Source: Eukaryota sp. TZLM1-RC (Eukaryota; Protista; Metamonada: BaSk clade). From it: a stretch of DNA of 64,000 nt. Positions within the stretch are counted from its first letter, which is position 1. Every line of letters starts with the position of its first letter. A program made the position numbers and the translations under genes. The notes under the pieces are model-generated. The model saw only the letters and a program-made list of their open reading frames with translations, had not been told where the DNA came from and made no database searches. The stretch lies in the NCBI GenBank assembly GCA_040285825.1, contig JAUPSS010000004.1, positions 3,452,589 through 3,516,588 on the forward strand, read 5' to 3'. Of the stretch, positions 56,164 through 64,000 are shown piece after piece.

Positions 56164-57778
56164 TGAGATCGATGAAGATAAGAATACAGCATTAGAAAGG
56201 AGTTTGACAATTTGAGTTTGATTTTGCAAATTGTCCTGCCAAGATTAATTGTTGTTTGTCAATAGTAATTCTCAATTTTTGAGTGGGGGGCATTTTTGCT
56301 TGATTGCTGGGGTTAAAATCATATCAATCAATGGTGATTGTTGGGTTTCAGGGTTTAATCACAAATGGTTGAAGCCTGCAGTAATAGTAATGCAATAATG
56401 CCGGAATGTGCTAACGTATTTTGTGCAACTCTACTCAAAAGCCATTATTAGCCGTCATGATGACATTATATTACGTCATTGATATAAGATGTTAGATTGG
56501 ACTTTAGTTGGTAAGTCGATCAATTTCCTTCGAAATTCATAGTTTGTTCATCGTTTATTCAATGGAACCTAGTCTAGTTCATAGTTCATCATTTTCTACA
56601 TGAACAAAAACTGCTAGTCGATTTTTCTATCATTGAATAAGGACAAATCTTCACCCTGGAAAGACGATAGCGTTAACTCATGTATTTCATTGATTTCCTT
56701 ACATTTTCAGTACGTGGTTAGTTATGTTTAAGTCTGGGTTCTTCAGTATTTAAGCCTATTCAGAAACACCTCTTGAATTAAGATTGACAATTTTACTCAG
56801 AAGTTTTCGGTAGACGGATTCCAGATGCTGTACTTGCTGGTTAATTGACAAATTTTGAATTAACGACTGTGTTTCAGTTGATCCTTGTAACCAATCCAAT
56901 CAAAGATCTAGCAATGAACAGTTCAGCCATTTATTTAGACAGTGCTGACAATATAACGATCAAACACTATGCAATTTACTTGTCTCATTTACACTTCAAT
57001 ATTATTCAATACACACATTTTCCTCAACGATTTGTCTTCATTAAAGTTTTGAAATTCCTACTTTGAATTTGTTTTCAGATATAACACAATTTGTAAAAAC
57101 TCGCGCCAGCAACTTTTTTAGATGTGTTTGTGGAAAAATAGGATTCTGTGGAGTTTTTATTGTAGCTGGGCCACTTACTCTATCAAAAGTTAAACAGTTG
57201 CCATTTAAAGCAATAAATCATGATCATTTCATGCAAAACGATTCTTCTTGTGTTCAGCTGATGAAAAGACAGCAGAATGGTTCCAAATATGAAGCATATC
57301 ACGTTCATGAAACGTAACATTGTTGGTCCCCTATTTTGCACATTGAGTTTTGACTCACCCCAGGTCAAGTCAACTTACATTGATACAAAGGTGATTCGAT
57401 GCTCTGAGCACTATCAACCTAGATTTTCCTTTTGAATACATTTTCAAAACTGTATGTGTTGTACTAAACGTTGTAATGGGTTCGAGTTCATCAAAGAATT
57501 GCAAACCTCACATTTGAAACAACATTTTTGTATTCGAAGCCTTAGTTTTGATTATTGCCCGATCAACTAATGACTAACAATTTTGTCAAAATCGTGTGTT
57601 CAGAAGTTGGGGTTTTCAAATTTAACTGCAAAAGTTGGGTTCTCTTTTAGGTTCCATCTTGTTCTAAAAGAACTTCATTTATTATTGTTCAACAAAATCA
57701 ACCGTTGTTAATCAACAATCAGGCCTTTCAAAAAGTTTGACAAATAATTTACGATACAATTATCTTTAAAATTCTGTT

Positions 57779-59088
57779 AAAAACCACAATAACGATCCTT
57801 ACGTTCTGATGCGCGTTCTATTAACAACTCCGTTTCTCGAAATTTGTTTTCTCCTGCTGAAACTGGAAAAAGTCAAAAATCTACTTCTACTTTTAACTCA
57901 CAAATTGACAAAATAGAAATAACTGAAAAAATGAAACCATTGCCATTAAAAGGTTCTAAAAAATGTTCGATTTGTGGTATCAGTGGTCATAATTCGAGAA
58001 CATGCCCTGAAAAACAAAAAAGAGAAATTGAATTAAAATCTGCTCAACAAATTCTCGAATGTTCTGTTCCAGCTGATGCCGATGTGAAAGGTGCTGAAAA
58101 TAAAGTTTCTGACGATCAACATTTGAATGCTTCTAGTGCTCACTCTTCTTCCCCTTCTGAAAACAATAATTTTTGTTGTCCATTTTGCAAAAAAAATGTT
58201 ACAGATTCAAGAAATGGTCGAAAACTTCTGTTTTGTACCAATTGAAAAGCTGCTGATACTGTAAGACCCCCGATCCAGATCCCAGTAGAAATTAGCCCCG
58301 CCAGCACAATTCCCTTCTCAATGGAAATGAGAAATTTTACTTCTGAATTGAAAAATAATAAGTGGAATATTTCATCCTTCTGAAAATATTTTGCTCGAAA
58401 AAACAAAAATTGTTTTAAAAAAATTTGGAAATAGAAAAATTGTAAAATCAAAAATTTGCCGAAAATTGTGCTTACGTGGTCGTTATGGTGCCGCAAAGCA
58501 GTCCTTGTTTTCCTCTTTTTTGGCTGATGCAAACTCTGATACCCTTGAAAAACTTCAAAAGTTGCATCCTCAAGAAAATTTTAAGTGCAGCAAGCCTGAT
58601 GTGTGTCCTTTTTGGATTGAAAATCCTATTACTTCAATTGAAGTTCTTAAAGCTATTCAAAAATTACCAAAGGGGAAAGCAGCAGGCCCAGCTGGAATTT
58701 CTTTTGATCTGTTAAAAATAGCGTGTTCCAGTGCTCCCGAAATTGCTGATGATCTAGCCCATTATAGCAACCTTTACAGCATGCAAAATACAATTTGTAT
58801 CCATTTGTATTTTCCCTTTTTGGTTCACTTGCACCAACTGCTTTACGTTTTTTGGAAGATTTTGAAATGATTGTAAAGAGAAGAACTGGCAGAAATTTCA
58901 ACAGATTGTTTTGGCAAAATAGAATTGTGTTTTCTATTTTTAAGGGGATGTTGAAGATGGTTTCTGATGCTTTGCTTTCTCTTGGATCTCACTATGAAAG
59001 AGTTGCATCTAGTGTTTTTGTTTTGGGAGAGATGGATTTTTTTAGATGTTGATTTATAGGTTTGAATAAAATTAAAATTTTGGTCAGG
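57779..59088 (+). mobile_element. Mirror copy of the internally deleted family A element
   Basis: Reverse complement of 39402-40723 with homopolymer indels. Confidence 0.85.
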
Positions 59089-59776
59089 TAAAATTCTGTT
59101 GTAAACTGGATGATGCCTTCATTGAAAATACTGAAACCAAAAGAGAGACGGCGTTCATATTGATATGTTCATAAATATTAAGAAGTACATATTAATTATT
59201 GTTTTAAATATTAACCAAGCTGATCTGCGACCGGAGCTTGGTGGTTACCTTCTCTCATTTCACATCTTTAAATTCAACATATCAACATCAGATACACACG
59301 GGATCTCCTCAAGAATTCCGAACCAGTTGTTGACGCACTGTATTGGGATAAAGAAACATGGAAAATACACAAACTGTTCTCTCAAAAATAGGAAAATGTA
59401 AAAAAATGAATTGTATAGGTGTACAAATTTGTCTCAATTTTTAACTGTATTGTCCCATCTTCAGCTTTGTCATCCCTTAATCGGTTTTATGAAAGAAACA
59501 CTTCAAGTCACTTCTTATTGGCTGATTCTTGTGGAAGCTTGTTTTGAAAATATTGACTTTTTAGACTGTGGTTTGGAAAATAAATTAAAAATTATTGGCT
59601 GATTTGGGGTATGAAGAATTAGAATTTCAAAGGAATAAAACAATTTATTTTAAGTGTTTTCTACTGCAGTAAACGGTGTTATTAGTGTGAACTAATTGTG
59701 TTGCTCAACCTCAGTATTTCCTCTTTAATCCTTGTACCCTGACCTCTGTGTCTCACTCCACCCCTCTTCAAGCAAC

Positions 59777-61948
59777 ATGGACGTCTTCTCCGATGAAGAA
59801 GGTTCTTCACAATATCCCTTCCACTCTTTTCCTGAGTCTCAATGTTCATCACATTTATCCTCTACTACTTCTTCACCAATGAATGTGACCACCAACGAGT
59901 TTACTCACGGACAATCTCTGTCTGCTCAATATTCACAAAATACTGAATTGTCCGATCGATCGGAAAGAAAGGTTGGTGTCCAGTGTGTTTTATAGTGATC
60001 ATTATCATACCCTCCTCCTCACCTATTCTGGTGAGGTTTATGGATGGGGTTATAATTATAAAGGACAAGTTCTTTTTAAAGGACCTGAACTAGTCAAAAC
60101 AAAAATCAAATTGCTAAATGATTTTGTTTCCGTTTCTGCTGGTCATGATCATTCCCTTGCCATCTCTTCTGAAGGCAAGTTATATAGTTAGGGGCTCTAA
60201 TTCCAGTTGCCAGATTAATAAGTCCAGTAGAGAATCATTACCAACCACTTTAATAAGTATTCCTTGTGAAATTAAGGAAATTCATGGTGGTCGTAATTGC
60301 TCGTTTGCTTTGACTCCAGGAAGGTCAAGTTGTCAAATGGGAGGCTTTGTGTCACCTTACTTTATTACAGATTTGCAAAATATTGTTTTCATCTCTGTTC
60401 ATTATGATTCTTTGTAGCAATTGATGACACTTGCGAGCTTTTCTTCTTTAATAGGTATTTTTATGATGTTGACAAGTCCAAATACATCACCAAAATCCCA
60501 GTCTCCAAGTATTTTTCTTTAAAAGCACCATTTGAGGGATGTTTTTTTCTTTAGTGGGGATTTCCTTTTTGTTATTAATACTAATGGTGAAGTTTGGAAG
60601 TTTGCCAAGCAGGGTGATGTTCCCTTCAATAACAAACCCACCAAAGTTCCAGGGTTGAGTAACATTGTTTCTATTAGTGGTTATACTGGTGTGTGTGCTG
60701 CCCGTGATAGTAGTGGTAAAAGTTTTTGTTTTGGGGTAAGTTGAGCAGAATTAGCGTTGTTTATAAAGATAGTGATGAACCAAGATGTATTGAAGCTTTC
60801 ACTAATATAGAAGGTATTTCAGTAGGTTACGACTTCCTTTTTGCATACAACAAAAACACTGTTTGGGCTTGGGAAGTAATGATCAAGGTCAATTAGGGTA
60901 CAGGTGATTTGATTGATCGACCACAACCTGTCAAAGTATTTGGTTCCGAAATACTTGGCAGTTTCCATTATCCAAGACAACCTTTGGATAGAATGTTTAG
61001 TGGTCTGATTAAGCTTGTTTATTGGGAATATTTAAATTATTTGCAAAAATCTCTTTGGTAATCATCCATATGTTAAAAGCAAGATTTTTACACCAAATGT
61101 GGTATTAGTAAAAGGGTAGCTCAATTTGCTAAAGAAGTGTTTAATGTTCATCCAGTTCACAACAAAGTTGTCTTTAAAAAAATCCTCGAAAATTCAATTT
61201 AAATGATAATATTTGTGATTTACAATTGCGATTATCTACTGTTTTTAAAGCTCCCAAAGTAATTAATACTAGAATTAAAAACTTGATGTTTACTATGATG
61301 AAGTTGATTATGATCCTACAATTATTGTTATTTTTCCCAAATGTTGAGGTTCTTAAGCTTAGTGGAAGGTCAAGATTTGGTTTTTCTCTTAAACTTGCAC
61401 ATTTATCAAGTCTTAAATGTCTAGAGCTTGATTATGGTTGTTATATAGAACAATTACCTACTTCACTAGTGAGTTAGTGCTTCATAGTGATGACACTGAG
61501 GTCTATAATTTAAGCTATCTTTTTACATTTAAGAGAATTGGTTTGTATTATCTCTTTTTTTATTTCATCAGATATTTTAGGTGGAGAATTACCATTACCT
61601 CAATCCATTGTTAGATTGGAATTATTTGTAGATTCCTGGCGAGGGTTTGAAGTCGAAAACTTTTATAATTCCTTTTTCAATTACTAAACCTGAGGGAATT
61701 GATAATTCATCACTAATGTTCCTACCAATATCACTGAACAAAACTTTGTTAAGAGTAGTGGAAATAATTGGACTTGAAGAAAAATCTTTATTAAAATTCT
61801 TCCCTATCTCCATTAAAATTTATTGATCAAGCTTTAATTAAATCTGTAAAACTAATCAAACAACAATGTTTAGTTGAATTATCATGTTTTTCCATGGTGG
61901 ATTCACTATCCATCTGACAGGCATTTGATTGATATTTTTGATATTTGA
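59777..61948 (+). pseudogene. Frameshifted mirror copy of the RCC1/LRR gene (probably sequence error)
   Basis: Same sequence as 36549-38714, broken by single-base indels mostly in homopolymers. Confidence 0.75.
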
Positions 61949-63101
61949 TTGATATTTTCCGTGATCATGTTGGAATTTAATAAAATCAATAAACCCTTTT
62001 AAATGAAATACCACATGCTGTAGATAGTGTTTTCGGATCTTTGACAAAAGACTATTTTTGTAGACATTATGATCAAAAATACTGTGTCACATTGTCAAAT
62101 AAAAACAATTTTAAACAGAAATTATTTGCATGTTTTAACATCATTTGTCCCATGTAAAGTGGGCAATATTGGAATTCAGTGGTTGGTATTGATGTAATAT
62201 TAACTAGATTTCAGTAGAAAATCTCTATTAGCTAATTTTTCTGAATCATTTTCATCGAATTACAACAGGAGGAAATTCCCCATCGATTATTAGTCACGTG
62301 TTCTGCCCTTTTTAAGACCTTGTGAAAAATTCAATTGTAATTTTGTTTTGTATTCTGGTGATAATGATATTTATGAAGATGCAAAATAAAATAAATACAC
62401 TTTTTTGTGTGGAAAAATTTCATATATTATGTTATTAATTGCAATTTTTCCTGTTTTGTGTTTTTCAATAAAAATGAAACAAACTATAGAATAGAGCCTC
62501 ATTTTATTTTTAGCATATATTAGTATTTTATAAAAATCAGTTGTTTAAAATACACGAGTGACAAAAACTCAAACTTTACAATTCTAGAAGCTTTAGCTGC
62601 CAAGTGAGTCCACATTCTGCTTCACGTTCTCTCTCTCCTCAATTTCTTTTGAAATTACTGGCCAAAGCCAGACAACAGATTTCCATTGCTTTCAAACCCA
62701 AGGTATTGAAGAACAAGTAGTTGCATAGTGTTATTGCTTTTAAGTAATTTGCCCTTTTAGATAAAACAGTGTAATGAAATCTCTATTATGGGGTTCTATT
62801 CGGTGGTTTGGAGCATTATTCGACAAATTTCTCAAAATAGATTAAGCAGCATTAATGAATAACTAAGATTGATGTCTTTCCTATGTCCTCTCGAGATCCA
62901 ACTCGCCATGATCAATAGTTTTCATCCAAAGGGGAGAAGCAATGTCAGAATTCAAGCAGATGACGATTTTGTAGAGTGCATTAATGTTGTATATCAATAA
63001 CAATATATCTTTAAATACACTGATGATTAAAATTGCCTATATAGTATGCAAAATAAAAATACAGCTCAACGTGAATTATAAACTTTTATCACAGAAATAT
63101 G

Positions 63102-64000
63102 TTACACAATTTCAGCTTCGAGGAATTCTGCTGTCTGTCCCAGTTTTTGATAAAACTTCCGTTCCTCACAACTTCCCCAAAAGACTGAAAATGTGTACAC
63201 CATTCAGATGGACAGCAGGAGACAAGAGTTAGAAACCACTCCTCCACAACACCATCCTATCAGAATTAGCTAAAGAGTCTAGGCTTGAAGGAGTCCTTGA
63301 AATCCAACCCCCAGCGTTCGAGATATATGTCTACATCAAGGTTTACCTCTACTCCTCACTGATGCCAAAACTCCATCTGTCGTTTGGCAAGGGAGCTTCG
63401 AAGAATAAAAGTTATCTAAAAACCTATTAAAACCACACCGTCTAGGTAATTTCTTGGAAACAGAGATGCCAAAATGATTACTGGCCATGGACGGAAACAG
63501 GGAAAAGAACAACGTCGCCCTCAGCTGTCTTTAACACCCACTTTAAAGAAACCAGATTCAATCTCAGATGTAGATCCCTCTCTATCGTCTGCACTGAGAC
63601 TGACATCGCCAGCTTTCCTCAACCTCATGAGGGAATTTCTCCCTTGCTTCAATCTCAAACTGTTTATCTCTAATGGTATTTGGATCTCGAGGGGTTTGGC
63701 TCTGCTGGCTCCTATTCGTAAATAAGAACAATCGTGACTCATTTGTACCAATGACTTAATAATGACTTAGGATCATTTTGCTGATAAATCGTAAACGTAG
63801 AACCTGTGCTTGCTCTCCTTCCCAACACCGCCACCAAACGAAGCTGGAGTCTAGCTGACAAATGTGGATGCCGACACTGGAAGTGGTAAAGACCACCAAT
63901 TCTGAATGAATTAAATGACAATACCCTGAAACTAGGTCTAGGACAGTGCTCCACCAGCTTATGCTCTCAAACCGCATGGTCCAGTCATCAGGAATGACCA
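63102..64000 (-). pseudogene. Error-rich mirror copy of the PPWD1 3' half
   Basis: Reverse complement of 34505-35388 with dense indels typical of unpolished long-read sequence. Confidence 0.75.

Larger units (their letters stand above)
49726..64000. repeat. Right arm of the inverted repeat (runs off window end)
   Basis: Reverse complement of 34505-48864. Substitutions occur out to ~57450. Beyond that, differences are mostly homopolymer indels that worsen toward 64000. Confidence 0.97.

Noticed and set aside
59777-64000. Genuine pseudogenisation of the RCC1 and PPWD1 copies
   Set aside because: Lesions are mostly homopolymer or short-repeat indels increasing toward the window end, typical of low-coverage long-read consensus. 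Not accepted as biology without reads.

Overview
AT-rich, gene-dense genomic DNA from a microbial eukaryote. It uses the standard code, with TAA, TAG and TGA all seen as stops. It has rare 28-55 nt GT-AG introns whose branch point lies next to the 3' splice site, which is metamonad-like (inference only). The left ~34 kb holds housekeeping genes: an AEC/PIN-like transporter, RPS8, EIF1AD, a TSET TTRAY2/TWD40-2-like scaffold, MetAP2, a divergent ARF-like GTPase, an F-box/LRR-like protein, UBXN11, PPWD1 and tRNA-Trp(CCA). These are interleaved with many copies of at least 3-4 families of CRE-like non-LTR retrotransposons (RT plus restriction-like endonuclease). Six insertions in the window have readable 10-15 bp target-site duplications, several are nested in older copies, and one is an internally deleted non-autonomous derivative. 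The right ~30 kb is a giant inverted repeat (about 34505-48864 mirrored at 49726-64000, ~0.85 kb spacer). Each arm carries a complete H4-H2A-H2B-H3 quartet, a PHO80-type cyclin and two intron-containing Gln-rich micro-genes that the ORF track misses or mis-starts. The best-supported unusual signal is a histone-specific regulatory set. All four core histone genes end in the same non-canonical 6-bp-stem/4-nt-loop hairpin (RGTGTT-TWTC-AACACT), followed by a polyadenylation-like signal, and they share an upstream TCTTGCAAGA-type motif. The inner palindrome arms differ by genuine synonymous substitutions. The outer right arm differs mainly by error-like indels and may be an assembly or fold-back artefact.
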